Shown here piece after piece: positions 19,844 to 30,749 of a stretch of DNA of 64,000 nucleotides. The stretch spans positions 12,817 through 76,816 of the forward strand of contig DJVP01000009.1 of NCBI GenBank assembly GCA_002441245.1. The letters are read 5' to 3'. Position numbers and translations under genes: made by a program. Origin of the DNA: Candidatus Omnitrophica bacterium UBA6253 (GTDB taxonomy: Bacteria > Omnitrophota > Gorgyraeia > Gygaellales > Profunditerraquicolaceae). Position 1 is the first letter of the stretch, and the number at the start of each line of letters is the position of its first letter. The notes beneath the pieces were generated by a model. The model did not search any database and was not told the DNA's origin. It saw only the letters and a list, made by a program, of their open reading frames with translations.

Positions 19844-20519
19844 GGGACTTCCTTTTAATAATTAACCCCGCGACCAATAAATCTTCGCACGTAGTAATCT
19901 TGATATTACTATAATCACCTTCAACTATTTTTACCCTTTTTCCTAATTTCTCGACTAAAGAGGCATCATCGGTAACATCATCCCGGGAGTACTTTTTATA
20001 TGCCTCAAGAAGAAAGTTTTTCTTAAATACTTGTGGAGTCTGCGCCTCCCAGAGCTTACCCCTATCCAGGGTCTCGTTAATTATGCCACCCTGCAGGCAA
20101 GACTTTATTGTCGCCTTTGGCTTTACTGCCAGTATAGCTGAGCCGCTCTTTTTTGCCGCTTGAATAACTTTTGTAATAAACCTGCTATCAACAAACGGCC
20201 TGGCAGAATCATGGATTAATACCCAATCGCTGTCTTTGCTAACTGCCCTAAGCCCATTATAAACTGAATCCTGCCTGCGCCTGCCGCCTAAAACAAAAAC
20301 TTTTATTTTCTTAAAAGAATGCCTCTTTATAGCCTTAATTATTTTACCTTGATTAGCTAAGCTAAGCACCACAATAATCTCGCCTATACCCGGGTGCTTG
20401 TTTAAAGTATCCAGAGAATGAACTACCGCCGGTTTACTGCCTATTCTTACCAAAGGTTTAGGAACTGCGGCATTAAGCCGCCTGCCTTTTCCTGCCGCCA
20501 GGACAATCGCGCTAAGCAT
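19833..20519 (-). CDS. ispD: 2-C-methyl-D-erythritol 4-phosphate cytidylyltransferase
   Basis: IVLAAGKGRRL and HDSARPF motifs; it overlaps ispF (translationally coupled ispDF pair). Confidence 0.85.
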   Translation of the reverse strand: MLSAIVLAAGKGRRLNAAVPKPLVRIGSKPAVVHSLDTLNKHPGIGEIIVVLSLANQGKIIKAIKRHSFKKIKVFVLGGRRRQDSVYNGLRAVSKDSDWVLIHDSARPFVDSRFITKVIQAAKKSGSAILAVKPKATIKSCLQGGIINETLDRGKLWEAQTPQVFKKNFLLEAYKKYSRDDVTDDASLVEKLGKRVKIVEGDYSNIKITTCEDLLVAGLIIKRKSHAV

Positions 20520-21499
20520 TATTTATCAATTTTAGTAAAAATCATCCTACCGGCCTGAGTCTGCAGGACTGAAGTCACCACGGCCTTTACATCCTGGCCG
20601 ATCAACCGACGCGCATCCTCAACTACAACCATTGTCCCGTCATCAAGATACCCCACTGCCTGATTATGCTCCTTACCCTCCTTAATCAGTTTGATATGCA
20701 TCTCCTCGCCGGGAAAGACTACGGGTTTTAAGGCATTGGCTAATTCATTAATATTTAAAACCTTAATTCCCTGGATACTGGCTACGCGGTTTAAATTAAA
20801 ATCTACGGTAAGGATTTTGGCCTCAAGCAGCTTGGCCAACATAACTAATTTTGCGTCAACTTCCGAGGTTTCAGAAAAATCCTGCTCGTGAATAGTTATG
20901 TCCATTCCTGATTCTTTCTGAATAGTATTAAGTATCTCTAACCCACGCCGGCCCCTCTGGCGTTTAATCGGGTCAGTAGAATCGGCAATCTGCTGTAATT
21001 CCCTAAGCACAAACTTGGGGATGATAACTTTCCCCCCTAAGAAACGTGTCTTGCAAATATCAACAATCCGGCCGTCAATAATAACGCTGGTATCAAGAAG
21101 AATTACATCCCCGGACTGGTCCTGCCGGCGCAGACGCACATAAGGAATAATAAGATTAAACTCATCTTTGCCACGCAAAGCCACAACCACCCCAAGATAA
21201 CAAAAAGCTAAAGTCAAGGTCACCCTGATCATGGAAAGAGTAGCAGGATCAGTATAAAAAAGGCTGAATGCATCTCCTGCAAGTTTTGCCATAATCAAAC
21301 CCAAGATCAAACCAAATACAGCACTAGAGAGACCGTTTACTGAAACCTTGCGCAAACCTGCTTCCAGAATAATCAATACGAATGTTATAAGCCCACCGAT
21401 TATCATACCTATAAAGCCAGCCCCATTTGAAGCTGCTGTCTGATATCCGATAACCATGCCGCTCAATATAAACAAAAGCCGTACTAATAATAAATTCAT
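20519..21499 (-). CDS. yacL: YacL-like membrane protein with PIN and TRAM domains
   Basis: N-terminal TM helices, a central PIN domain and a C-terminal TRAM domain. Confidence 0.65.
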   Translation of the reverse strand: MNLLLVRLLFILSGMVIGYQTAASNGAGFIGMIIGGLITFVLIILEAGLRKVSVNGLSSAVFGLILGLIMAKLAGDAFSLFYTDPATLSMIRVTLTLAFCYLGVVVALRGKDEFNLIIPYVRLRRQDQSGDVILLDTSVIIDGRIVDICKTRFLGGKVIIPKFVLRELQQIADSTDPIKRQRGRRGLEILNTIQKESGMDITIHEQDFSETSEVDAKLVMLAKLLEAKILTVDFNLNRVASIQGIKVLNINELANALKPVVFPGEEMHIKLIKEGKEHNQAVGYLDDGTMVVVEDARRLIGQDVKAVVTSVLQTQAGRMIFTKIDK

Positions 21500-21607
21500 T
21501 TTTTTGCCTCCTTACCCGTAAGAGTACACGACGCGGAAGCGTCGCATTTGTTTCTCAAATAAAACAATGTGCCGGCCACTTCTTTCGAGCCGGGTGTTAG
21601 CCCATTC
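21500..21607. repeat. GC-rich multi-hairpin intergenic repeat (REP-like family member)
   Basis: Hairpins gacgc-ggaa-gcgtc and tgccggcc...gccgggtg, followed by the ttagc motif that is shared with the 25.1 kb element. Confidence 0.5.
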
Positions 21608-23008
21608 CTATAAATGCGAAGTGCCCTGCTGCTTAACAGATGAGCCCAAGACAATATCTAAGGCTTCTTTTAAAGTAGTAACGGGAATAATCTCCATATC
21701 TGATTTATCAAATTTTAATGTTTTACAGCTATTCTTAGGTAATATGCAATGCTTAAACCCTAGCTTTTCTGCTTCATTAATACGCGTAAGCACCTGAGAA
21801 ATACTCCTGATCTCTCCGGATAGCCCAACCTCGCCTAAAACCACGGCTTGCGGCATAACCACCTGCTCCCGAAAGCTGGAAGTAATCACTGCACAGACCG
21901 CTAAATCCGCTGCCGGATCCTCTATTTTTATTCCACCTGCCACATTAATAAATATATCTTCCGCTTCAAGGGCCAACCCTAAGCGTTTTTCTAAGACTGC
22001 TACCAATAAAGACAGGCGGTTAAAATCAAACCCTTGCGCCCTCCTCCTGGCATAGCCAAAACTACTTCTTGAAACCAAAGATTGTATCTCTACCAAAAGA
22101 GGCCGCGTTCCCTCCAATATAGAGGTAACAATTGACCCGGAAACATTGTTGGGCCTCTCAGAAAGAAAAATCTCTGAAGGATTTTTTACTTCTTTCAATC
22201 CTTCCGGCCCCATTTCAAATACCCCGATTTCATTGGTTGAACCAAACCTGTTCTTTACTGCCCGTAATATCCTGTATATCGCGAAACGATCGCCCTCAAA
22301 ATACAGCACCGTATCAACGATATGCTCTAAGACGCGCGGGCCGGCCAATGTACCTTCTTTTGTAACATGGCCGATAATGAAAATTGATGTGCCGGTAGTC
22401 TTGGCCAACTGCGTAAGGATCCCCGCACATTCCCTTACCTGGCTTACACTTCCAGCTGAAGAGCTGATCGAAGAATCAAAAATAACCTGTATAGAATCAA
22501 TCACTACTACCTGGGGCTTGAGCTTCTTAATGTATTCAACAACTAAAGATAAATCCGTTTGATTTACAATATACAAATTGTCTGACCCGGATTCACCTAA
22601 ACGCTTTGCGCGCAGCTTAGTCTGGACTACAGATTCTTCGCCGCTTACGTAAAGCACCCCTATACCCTGTTTAGTCAGATGATTTGAAACCTGCAGGGAA
22701 ATCGTGGATTTTCCTACCCCCGGATCTCCTCCAATTAGAATCACTGACCCCTTGACGATCCCGCCGCCTAAAACCCGGTCCAACTCACGAATGTTGGTCC
22801 TTAACCTATCCTCATCCCTGGCTACTACATCTTTTAGGAGTACCGGCCCATCTTTATACAGAGAAACCCTGTCCTTGCTTCCGGAAGAAGGGGCGATATA
22901 ATCCTCTTCGCTAAAAGAATTCCAGCTATTGCAATCTGGGCACCTGCCTAGCCATTTTGGAGACTGATAGCCGCAACTGGCGCAACTAAATATCGATTTG
23001 GTTTTCAT
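21608..23008 (-). CDS. radA: DNA repair protein RadA
   Basis: N-terminal C4 zinc finger CASCGYQSPKWLGRCPDC, RecA-like Walker A motif GDPGVGKST, and a Lon-like C-terminal domain. Confidence 0.85.
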   Translation of the reverse strand: MKTKSIFSCASCGYQSPKWLGRCPDCNSWNSFSEEDYIAPSSGSKDRVSLYKDGPVLLKDVVARDEDRLRTNIRELDRVLGGGIVKGSVILIGGDPGVGKSTISLQVSNHLTKQGIGVLYVSGEESVVQTKLRAKRLGESGSDNLYIVNQTDLSLVVEYIKKLKPQVVVIDSIQVIFDSSISSSAGSVSQVRECAGILTQLAKTTGTSIFIIGHVTKEGTLAGPRVLEHIVDTVLYFEGDRFAIYRILRAVKNRFGSTNEIGVFEMGPEGLKEVKNPSEIFLSERPNNVSGSIVTSILEGTRPLLVEIQSLVSRSSFGYARRRAQGFDFNRLSLLVAVLEKRLGLALEAEDIFINVAGGIKIEDPAADLAVCAVITSSFREQVVMPQAVVLGEVGLSGEIRSISQVLTRINEAEKLGFKHCILPKNSCKTLKFDKSDMEIIPVTTLKEALDIVLGSSVKQQGTSHL

Positions 23009-23013
23009 TAATA

Positions 23014-24399
23014 TTAAAGAGCCCCAAAAACCTCTTTCTTGGTAATAAAGGCGCTGGCTGTATCTTTGGTAATTAATCCGCGCCTGAATAAATCCATTAA
23101 AGAACTATCCATTGTATGCATACCAAATTCCGCTCCTGATTCCAAATAACTGTAAATCTGTTCGGTACGCGCCTTTCTAATAAGGTTCCTTATTGCCGGG
23201 GTAAACATCAATACCTCTGTTGCCAAAACCCTTCCTTTTCCATCGGCACGCGGAAGAAGATACTGGCAAACAATACACTCCAAAGACGTAGCTAACTGAA
23301 TGCGTATCTGCATCTGCTGCTCTACGGGGAAGATATCAATCAGCCTATTAATGCATTCAATGCTACTGGTAGTATGCAGAGTAGAAAATACCAATTGGCC
23401 TTCCTCCGCGGCAGTAATCGCCTGAGAAATAGAATCCAAATCCCTCATCTCACCCATTAAGACAATATCGGCATCCTGACGCAAAGTACTTCTAATGGCA
23501 TCAGAAAAAGACAGGGTATCTAAACCAACATCCCTCTGGCAAATTAAGCTGTTTTTACTTGTATATATATATTCGATTGGGTTTTCAATACTGATGATTA
23601 CGCTCTCTCTTCTCCTGTTTATGCTTTCAATAATTGAGGCCAAAGTAGTGGATTTACCGCTATCTACCGGGCCAGAAACAATAACCAAGCCATTCTTCTT
23701 GTTCACGACATTATGCAGGATAGATGGCAGCCCCAATTCATCCAATGATCTTACTTCACTGCCGATAATCTTAGCCACAATCGCAAGATGCCCTTTATCA
23801 AAGAAAACATTCATTCTAAAACGCCGGTTTTCCTGAGGCAAGGTGTAAGCGAAATCCAGCTCAAGATCTTTATAGAGAGCGGATTTTTGTTTTTCGTTTA
23901 TAATGGAAAAAACAATTTTTTCTATGTCCTCTTCCGAGATAGGCACCACATCCATATGCAAAACCTTGCCATCCACCCTGCAAACAGGCATACATCCAAC
24001 TGCTAAATGCACGCTAGTTGCTTCTCTTCTGATTGCGCTGGTCAAAAGTACATCCAGGTCTACTTTCTCAACATATGTGCCTATTTTTTCCTGGCCGTTT
24101 TCGTCTATCTCATCGAAGGAAATTCCGTAAACATATTTATCATCACTGGATTTCTGCGACCGCACTACCTTGCCGATAAATTTTATCGGGGCTTCTAAAA
24201 ACGGAAGGGGCATTTCACCCTGTATAGCTGTGCCTATTTTCATTACATCCTTACTTTCAATTGCAAAACCATTTACACTGATATCCCGGACCTCGGCGCC
24301 AAATACCGCATTAACATTATCGCCTATAAAAGAATACTTGAGCAAATAATCACATTCTTTTCTTCTGGTCGATCTTTTATTCATGAAATTCTTAAACAT
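23014..24399 (-). CDS. pilT: PilZ-domain fused to a PilT/PilU-family type IV pilus retraction ATPase
   Basis: N-terminal RSTRR (RxxxR) and DISVNG (DxSxxG) c-di-GMP-binding PilZ motifs. C-terminal Walker A GPVDSGKST and PilT-type ATPase core. Confidence 0.7.
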   Translation of the reverse strand: MFKNFMNKRSTRRKECDYLLKYSFIGDNVNAVFGAEVRDISVNGFAIESKDVMKIGTAIQGEMPLPFLEAPIKFIGKVVRSQKSSDDKYVYGISFDEIDENGQEKIGTYVEKVDLDVLLTSAIRREATSVHLAVGCMPVCRVDGKVLHMDVVPISEEDIEKIVFSIINEKQKSALYKDLELDFAYTLPQENRRFRMNVFFDKGHLAIVAKIIGSEVRSLDELGLPSILHNVVNKKNGLVIVSGPVDSGKSTTLASIIESINRRRESVIISIENPIEYIYTSKNSLICQRDVGLDTLSFSDAIRSTLRQDADIVLMGEMRDLDSISQAITAAEEGQLVFSTLHTTSSIECINRLIDIFPVEQQMQIRIQLATSLECIVCQYLLPRADGKGRVLATEVLMFTPAIRNLIRKARTEQIYSYLESGAEFGMHTMDSSLMDLFRRGLITKDTASAFITKKEVFGAL

Positions 24400-24421
24400 T
24401 AAAACCTCCTAATTAAAACAG

Positions 24422-25036
24422 CTACTTTCTCTCTTTAGTCTTAATAAACAGTTTCCAGGGGTTTTTACGTATATCGACAACCAGGGCTTCCAGTTGATCA
24501 TAAAGTGTGTCATCATAGATAAGTTTACCTAATGACCCCTCTTTGTTTTTTATCTTAGAAATGCCGTCATCCAAATTGCGCAAAATATTCTCAGCATTCC
24601 TGAATAACTGATGTATGGGTAAAGGATCGATCCCAACCAGGCATTCATTGGCCTTAAGAAAATAAGCATAATCATTACCCGGCATTATCTCCACGTATTT
24701 TTCACCCAATAGCCCCAGGGTATTAACCCAAACAGTAGAATCGACAGGGATTTTAATGTTATTCCTGATCCAAACGCCCAAATTTACATTCGAACGATTT
24801 TCCTCTGGGATAAACTCCAGTTTGATTTTCTTTACTTCCCCCACATCCACTCCGGCGAAACGCACCGGTGCGCCAACCTTTATTCCATTTACAAAATTAA
24901 AGCTCAAATTTATATGATAGCCTGAGCTCCAGGTTTTAAAACCACCGATCGATAGAATAAAAATAATCAGGATCACCAGTCCTATAAAGACAAAAATACC
25001 CACCTTTAACTCTAATTTAGTTTTACCAAATATCAT
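24422..25036 (-). CDS. mlaD: MCE-domain protein MlaD
   Basis: N-terminal TM anchor followed by an MCE domain; lies downstream of mlaE and mlaF. Confidence 0.75.
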   Translation of the reverse strand: MIFGKTKLELKVGIFVFIGLVILIIFILSIGGFKTWSSGYHINLSFNFVNGIKVGAPVRFAGVDVGEVKKIKLEFIPEENRSNVNLGVWIRNNIKIPVDSTVWVNTLGLLGEKYVEIMPGNDYAYFLKANECLVGIDPLPIHQLFRNAENILRNLDDGISKIKNKEGSLGKLIYDDTLYDQLEALVVDIRKNPWKLFIKTKERK

Positions 25037-25185
25037 CTAAACCTCCTTGTACAGAAAGTACACACCGGCCAATCCAATTAGGCCGGGTGTTAGCTTACAA
25101 AAACACACCCGCGCAACTTTCGCCACTAGGCGAACAATGGCCAAATTCCTATCTGGGCCAGGTGTCGCGCTAAGCGCGGCGTGGT
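25037..25185. repeat. GC-rich multi-hairpin intergenic repeat (REP-like; two tandem copies of the module)
   Basis: Contains acacccgcgcaa, hairpins ttcgcc-acta-ggcgaa, tggcc...ggcca, gcgc-taag-cgcg and caccggcc...ggccgggtg, and the ttagc motif. It is homologous to 31620-31719, with compensatory changes. Confidence 0.55.
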
Positions 25186-25950
25186 TTATTTAAAATTATC
25201 AACCGCCTCGGTTATTGGCCCCTTAGCAAGCCCATTGATAAACTGGTGCACAACAGTATTCTTGGACTCCCGGATTTCTTTAGGAGTACCTTCCAAGATT
25301 ATTTTACCTTTATACATCATCGCAATCTTATCGGCAATATGATAGGCGCTTTTCATATCATGAGTAACAACGATTGAAGTAACTTTTAATTTATCATGTA
25401 AAGAACGAATGAGCTCATTAATACTATCTGCAGCTATTGGATCTATGCCTGTAGTCGGTTCATCATAAAGTATGATCTCCGGCCGTATACAGATTGCCCG
25501 TGCCAGGGCCACGCGCTTTTTCATACCCCCGCTTAATTCCGAAGGCATAAGATTTCCGATGCCCCCCAGGCCTACCAATGCCAAAGATTCTTCCACTCTT
25601 TCCGATAATTCTTTTTGGTTGATATGCGTATGCTCGATAAGGCTAAAACCTACATTATCGGCAACGTTCATAGAATCAAAAAGGGCTCCCCCCTGAAACA
25701 CCATGCTGATTTTAGAACGCAAGGCGCTTAATTCCAACTCATTTAAAGCAGCCACTTCTTTTTGATTTACCAAGACCTTGCCCCGGTCAGGTTTTAAAAG
25801 TCCTACAATGTGCTTAAGTAAAACGGATTTCCCGCATCCGCTTCTTCCGATAATTACACAGGTTTGTCCTTTGCTGATACTCAAGTTTAAATCATTCAAT
25901 ACCGGTGAGTTATTGAATTTTTTATTTAGTTTCTGGATCTCAATAATCAT
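25186..25950 (-). CDS. mlaF: Mla ABC transporter ATP-binding protein
   Basis: Walker A motif GRSGCGKS and ABC signature LSGGMKKR. Confidence 0.75.
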   Translation of the reverse strand: MIIEIQKLNKKFNNSPVLNDLNLSISKGQTCVIIGRSGCGKSVLLKHIVGLLKPDRGKVLVNQKEVAALNELELSALRSKISMVFQGGALFDSMNVADNVGFSLIEHTHINQKELSERVEESLALVGLGGIGNLMPSELSGGMKKRVALARAICIRPEIILYDEPTTGIDPIAADSINELIRSLHDKLKVTSIVVTHDMKSAYHIADKIAMMYKGKIILEGTPKEIRESKNTVVHQFINGLAKGPITEAVDNFK

Positions 25951-26736
25951 TTAAGGAAAAATAAAATAGAATAAAGCGGTAAAGAAGCAATCCGCGGCAA
26001 TAATCATAATAAAAGTAAAGACTACCGAACGCGTTGTTGCCCTGCCTACCCCCGCTGCCCCACCTTCAACGTTAAAACCTTCATAGCAACTTATTAGCGC
26101 AATAAGCATCCCAAAAATCCAGGATTTGAATAAACCGGTGAATAAATCTTTATAAAGTAATGAAGAAAAGGTAACATGCATATACATGCTGCTGGTAATG
26201 CCTAATTTTATTGTGCAGATAAAATAGCTCCCCAGGATACCGATAATATTAGCATACAAAGTTAAAATAGGAAGCATAACTCCTAAAGCGACAAAACGCG
26301 GAACCACTAAATATTTTACAGGATTAGTAGCCAAGGTCTCCAAGGCATCAATCTGCTCCGTTACCTGCATGGAGCCTAACTCCGCGGTGTTTGATGCCCC
26401 GACCCTGCCCGCTACTATCAAGGCAGTGATTACGGGTCCGAGTTCACGCACGATAGATAAAGCTACAAGGCTGGCAATATACAACTCTGAACCAATACGC
26501 TGCATGAAATAAGCGGTCTGTAAAGCAAAGATAAAACCGATAAATAAGGCGACTAACGAAACAATCGGGAAGCTGTCATATCCTGCTTTCTTAGCCTGTT
26601 CAATTATGCGGCCATACTTATAGGGCGGCTTAAATGTCAAATACACAGTCTGCCCGGCCAGGTTAGTTAAGCCGCCAAAAAAGTACATAAAAGAAAGTAC
26701 CTTGCGGCCTAAATCCATAAAAAATAAAGTAAACAT
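25951..26736 (-). CDS. mlaE: Mla ABC transporter permease
   Basis: MlaE/YrbE-type permease TM pattern; adjacent to mlaF and mlaD. Confidence 0.75.
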   Translation of the reverse strand: MFTLFFMDLGRKVLSFMYFFGGLTNLAGQTVYLTFKPPYKYGRIIEQAKKAGYDSFPIVSLVALFIGFIFALQTAYFMQRIGSELYIASLVALSIVRELGPVITALIVAGRVGASNTAELGSMQVTEQIDALETLATNPVKYLVVPRFVALGVMLPILTLYANIIGILGSYFICTIKLGITSSMYMHVTFSSLLYKDLFTGLFKSWIFGMLIALISCYEGFNVEGGAAGVGRATTRSVVFTFIMIIAADCFFTALFYFIFP

Positions 26737-29156
26737 TATTCGAAAATAAGCTCTTCGTTCCTACGCGTTACCTTGATTGAAGAACCCTCCTTGTATTTCT
26801 TGGAAATAATCTCCTGAGCCAAAGAATCCTCCAGGTATCTCTGAATAGTCCTTTTCAATGGCCGTGCGCCAAAAACAGGGTCAAATCCTTTTTCGATTAA
26901 GAAATCTTTGGCCTCCCGGCTCACCTCTAAAGATATCTTCTGATCCTTTAACCTTTCGACTACATAACCGATCTCAATATCAATGATCCGCACCAGGTCC
27001 TCTTTAACCAACTGCCGAAAAACTATAATATCATCAATCCGGTTTAAGAACTCAGGTTTAAAAGCATGCTTGACTGCCTCAAGTAGTTTTTCTTTCATAT
27101 CCTGATACGTAACCTCTTCTTTTTGGGTCTTAAAACCAAGGGAGCCGGTCTTGCGGATCAACTCTGCGCCAATGTTAGAGGTCATAATAATAATTGTATT
27201 CTTAAAATCCACCTTACGGCCAAAGCTATCCGTGAGCCGGCCTTCTTCAAAAACCTGCAACAGTAAATTAAAAACATCAGGGTGGGCTTTTTCAATCTCA
27301 TCCAAAAGTATGACCGCATAAGGCCTGCGCCGCACGCGCTCAGTAAGCTGACCGCCCTCTTCATATCCTACATATCCGGGAGGTGCGCCAATGAGCCTTG
27401 AAAGATTAAATTTCTCCATATATTCCGACATATCCAGCTGCAACAAGGCATCTTCGTCGCCAAACATAAACTCCGCTAATGCCCGAGCCAAGAGAGTTTT
27501 TCCTACGCCGGTAGGACCTAAAAATACGAATGAACCTATAGGCCGCCTTGGATCTTTAATCCCGGCGCGCGAACGCCTCACCGCATGCGCAATAGCTTCA
27601 ATAGCTTCATTCTGGCCGACTACACGTTTATGCAATTCTTCCTCGATCTTAAGCAGCTTTTCGCTTTCTTTTTCTTCCAGCCTGAAAGCAGGAATTCCCG
27701 TCCATTGGGCCACAATCTTGGCGATATCCTCAGCTGTAACCTCCGGGCGCATCTTATCTTTTGCCTGCCCCCACTCTTTATTCAATTTTTCCAGTTCCTG
27801 GCGGGCAATACGCTCTTGGTCCCTTAAAGAAGCAGCCTTTTCAAAATCCTGGCTCTTGATGTAAGACTCTTTTTCTTTCCTTAATGACTCAACATTGGCC
27901 TCCAGTTTCTTGATCTCCGGAGGGACAATCAAAACATTCAAGCGGGCATGTGAACCTGCCTCATCGATCAGATCAATGGCCTTGTCCGGCATGAACCTTC
28001 CGGAGATATAACGGTCAGACAATCTTGCCGCAGCTTCTAAGGCCTCATCTCTGAAAGAGACCCGGTGATGCGCTTCATATTTATCGCGCAGGCCTTTTAA
28101 AATCTCAACGGTCTGTTCAACCGTCGGAGGCTCAACCATGATCGTCTGAAACCTGCGTTCTAAAGCAGCGTCCTTTTCGATATATTTACGGTATTCATCC
28201 AGGGTAGTTGCTCCGATACACTGCATCTCCCCGCGGGAAAGCGCCGGTTTCATAATATTTGAAGCGTCAATTGCGCCTTCGGCAGCCCCTGCCCCTACCA
28301 AGGTATGCAATTCGTCAATAAAAATAATGACATCCTGCGAACGCTTGATCTCCTCCATGATCGCCTTGATTCTTTCCTCAAACTGGCCACGGTATTTTGT
28401 CCCGGCGACCATTAACGCTAAATCTAAAACTACGATGCGCTTGCCCCTTAAAACCTCGGGTATATTCCCAAGTATAATCAACTGGGCCAAGCCTTCAACA
28501 ATAGCAGTCTTGCCTACCCCTGCCTCGCCCAAAAGCACAGGATTATTCTTAGTGCGCCGGCTTAAAATCTGAACTACCCGCTCAATTTCATGCACACGGT
28601 CTATTACCGGATCTAATTTATTCTCACGGGCCAAAGCTGTAAGATCCCTGCCAAAGGCATCTAAAGCTGGAGTTTTTGTTTTTGACTGAGCTCCGCCACC
28701 CTGATTCATTCCCGGCAAGGCAGAACCTAAAAGCCCCATCACTTCATTACGCACAGAGTTTAAATCCATGCCTAAATTTAACAACACCTGAGAAGCAATG
28801 CCTTCGCCTTCACGGATAAGCCCGAGCAAAAGATGCTCGGTACCGATATAATTATGCCCCAAGGAACGGGCCTCTTCAGCCGCCAGTTCCAGGGCTTTTT
28901 TGGCTCGCGGGGTAAACGGAATATCTCCGATGATCTGGGTAGTCGGACCGGGTTGTACCAGTTTCTCTATCTCCAGCCTGATATTCTCAAGCGAAACATC
29001 AAGCTTTTGCAATACCGCGGCAGCCACGCCTTCACCCTCCCGTATCAAACCAAGTAGTATATGTTCAGTACCGATATAGTCGTGGTTAAAACGCCTGGCC
29101 TCTTCCTTTGCTAAAATAATTACCTTTCTTGCCCTCTCTGTAAAACGATTAAACAT
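26736..29156 (-). CDS. clpC: ATP-dependent Clp protease ATP-binding subunit ClpC
   Basis: Double Clp_N repeats, two AAA+ modules and a UVR motif. It lies downstream of mcsA and mcsB. Confidence 0.85.
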   Translation of the reverse strand: MFNRFTERARKVIILAKEEARRFNHDYIGTEHILLGLIREGEGVAAAVLQKLDVSLENIRLEIEKLVQPGPTTQIIGDIPFTPRAKKALELAAEEARSLGHNYIGTEHLLLGLIREGEGIASQVLLNLGMDLNSVRNEVMGLLGSALPGMNQGGGAQSKTKTPALDAFGRDLTALARENKLDPVIDRVHEIERVVQILSRRTKNNPVLLGEAGVGKTAIVEGLAQLIILGNIPEVLRGKRIVVLDLALMVAGTKYRGQFEERIKAIMEEIKRSQDVIIFIDELHTLVGAGAAEGAIDASNIMKPALSRGEMQCIGATTLDEYRKYIEKDAALERRFQTIMVEPPTVEQTVEILKGLRDKYEAHHRVSFRDEALEAAARLSDRYISGRFMPDKAIDLIDEAGSHARLNVLIVPPEIKKLEANVESLRKEKESYIKSQDFEKAASLRDQERIARQELEKLNKEWGQAKDKMRPEVTAEDIAKIVAQWTGIPAFRLEEKESEKLLKIEEELHKRVVGQNEAIEAIAHAVRRSRAGIKDPRRPIGSFVFLGPTGVGKTLLARALAEFMFGDEDALLQLDMSEYMEKFNLSRLIGAPPGYVGYEEGGQLTERVRRRPYAVILLDEIEKAHPDVFNLLLQVFEEGRLTDSFGRKVDFKNTIIIMTSNIGAELIRKTGSLGFKTQKEEVTYQDMKEKLLEAVKHAFKPEFLNRIDDIIVFRQLVKEDLVRIIDIEIGYVVERLKDQKISLEVSREAKDFLIEKGFDPVFGARPLKRTIQRYLEDSLAQEIISKKYKEGSSIKVTRRNEELIFE

Positions 29157-29169
29157 GATTTCTCCTCAA

Positions 29170-30222
29170 TTATAATAGGTTTAGTTTCTTGCGAATAAGC
29201 TGTGCCCTTTTTAAATCCCTTTCATCAGACGAAAGTTTCTTGTTTTCCAGTTTCTGCAAATGAGCTGGCTGGGTAATGATAAAGAGTTCATTGATTGTGC
29301 GGCGGTCAATATCTTTAATCATACCCAAATCGCTGCCCAGCCTAACCATAGACAACAATTCAATTGTCTCCTGGCTGGTAATAATGCGGGCGCTTTTCAA
29401 AATACCCAGAGAACGATTAATCCTATCCTCTAAAACCTCTTTGTTTTTGGAGAGCAGTATCTGGCGCGCCTGGGTCTCCTGCTCGATGATCTGGCGGATA
29501 AGCCCGTTAATGTTTTCAATTATCTCGTCTTCTCCATGCCCTAATGAAACCTGGTTGGAAATTTGAAAGAAGTTCCCGCTGGCCTGCGTACCCTCCCCAT
29601 AAAGGCCGCGGGTAGTAAAGCTTAATTTGGCAATCGCCGCCAATACCCGTTCAATCTGCCTGCTCATTACTAAAGCAGGCAAGTGGAGCATGACCGAACC
29701 GCGCATACCGGTTCCTGTATTGGTAGGGCAGGCAGTAAGGTAACCAAAATCATCTAAATACGCATAATCCAAAAGTCCGGCCAGGGCATCATCCAGGCGG
29801 TTAATAATATCCCTGGCTTCAAAAAGATTAAACCCTGACTGCATCAATTGGATACGCAGGTGATCTTCCTCGTTAATCATCACCGCGATTATCTCTTCAT
29901 CATCAACCAACAATGCCTTATAATCCGTCTTCTGAGAATGCTCAATTGACATAAGATGCCTCTCCACCAAGAACTGCTTGTCAATTGCATCTAAATCCGC
30001 CAGTTTAAAAAGCGTGGAGCTCTTAAGCATATCTATTTTTAAGGCGGCATCACTGATCTTTGCCAAAACCTCCTCAAGCTGTATTTTACTGGCCCAGTGC
30101 GGAAAAGGATATTTGTTAAGATTCCTGGCCAGGCGTATTCTGCTTGAAATAACAATATCAGAGTTTGGACCTGTGCCTTTTAGCCATTCACTGGTATGAT
30201 TTAATAAATCATCAATCTTCAT
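29170..30222 (-). CDS. mcsB: Protein-arginine kinase McsB
   Basis: ATP:guanido phosphotransferase catalytic domain (CPTNTGTGMR). Confidence 0.8.
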   Translation of the reverse strand: MKIDDLLNHTSEWLKGTGPNSDIVISSRIRLARNLNKYPFPHWASKIQLEEVLAKISDAALKIDMLKSSTLFKLADLDAIDKQFLVERHLMSIEHSQKTDYKALLVDDEEIIAVMINEEDHLRIQLMQSGFNLFEARDIINRLDDALAGLLDYAYLDDFGYLTACPTNTGTGMRGSVMLHLPALVMSRQIERVLAAIAKLSFTTRGLYGEGTQASGNFFQISNQVSLGHGEDEIIENINGLIRQIIEQETQARQILLSKNKEVLEDRINRSLGILKSARIITSQETIELLSMVRLGSDLGMIKDIDRRTINELFIITQPAHLQKLENKKLSSDERDLKRAQLIRKKLNLL

Positions 30223-30223
30223 T

Positions 30224-30748
30224 TTAACTTTCTTTTACTCCGCTCCCCTGCTCTGACGAGAGTTTCTTGATTTGATCGCGCAAGCGCGCTGCCTCTTCAA
30301 AATCCTCCCTCTGAATTGCTTTCTGCATCCCTGCTTTCAGACCTTCCAGATCCATCTTTTTCCTTCCGGGCTTTGAGATGACCTTCTCTTTAATAAGCGG
30401 CGATTTACCAACATGCTGATTTGAACCATGGATTCTTTTTAACAAAGGAGCCAGGTATTTACGGAAGGCATTATAGCAACCACCGCAACCCAATCTGCCA
30501 ATCTTCTTGAAATCCGCGTAGGTTAAATTGCAATTAGGGCATTTCACAGCAACATTTTCTTCATCTTTATCCGGTTTCTCAAAATCAGCCATACCCGCCA
30601 AAAGGTCGCTTAAGCCAAACTGCTGCTCCATAGCTGCGCTCTTATTCCTTGCGCAATCCTCGCACAGATGCAGTTCATTCATCTGCTCATCAATAATTTC
30701 AGTAAGATGCACAGTAGCCGGATTTTTTTTACAAATATCACAAAGCAT
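30224..30748 (-). CDS. mcsA: McsA (zinc-finger/UVR-domain activator of McsB)
   Basis: Repeated CxxC zinc-finger pairs and a C-terminal UVR motif (EEAARLRDQIKKL). Confidence 0.7.
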   Translation of the reverse strand: MLCDICKKNPATVHLTEIIDEQMNELHLCEDCARNKSAAMEQQFGLSDLLAGMADFEKPDKDEENVAVKCPNCNLTYADFKKIGRLGCGGCYNAFRKYLAPLLKRIHGSNQHVGKSPLIKEKVISKPGRKKMDLEGLKAGMQKAIQREDFEEAARLRDQIKKLSSEQGSGVKES

Positions 30749-30749
30749 A

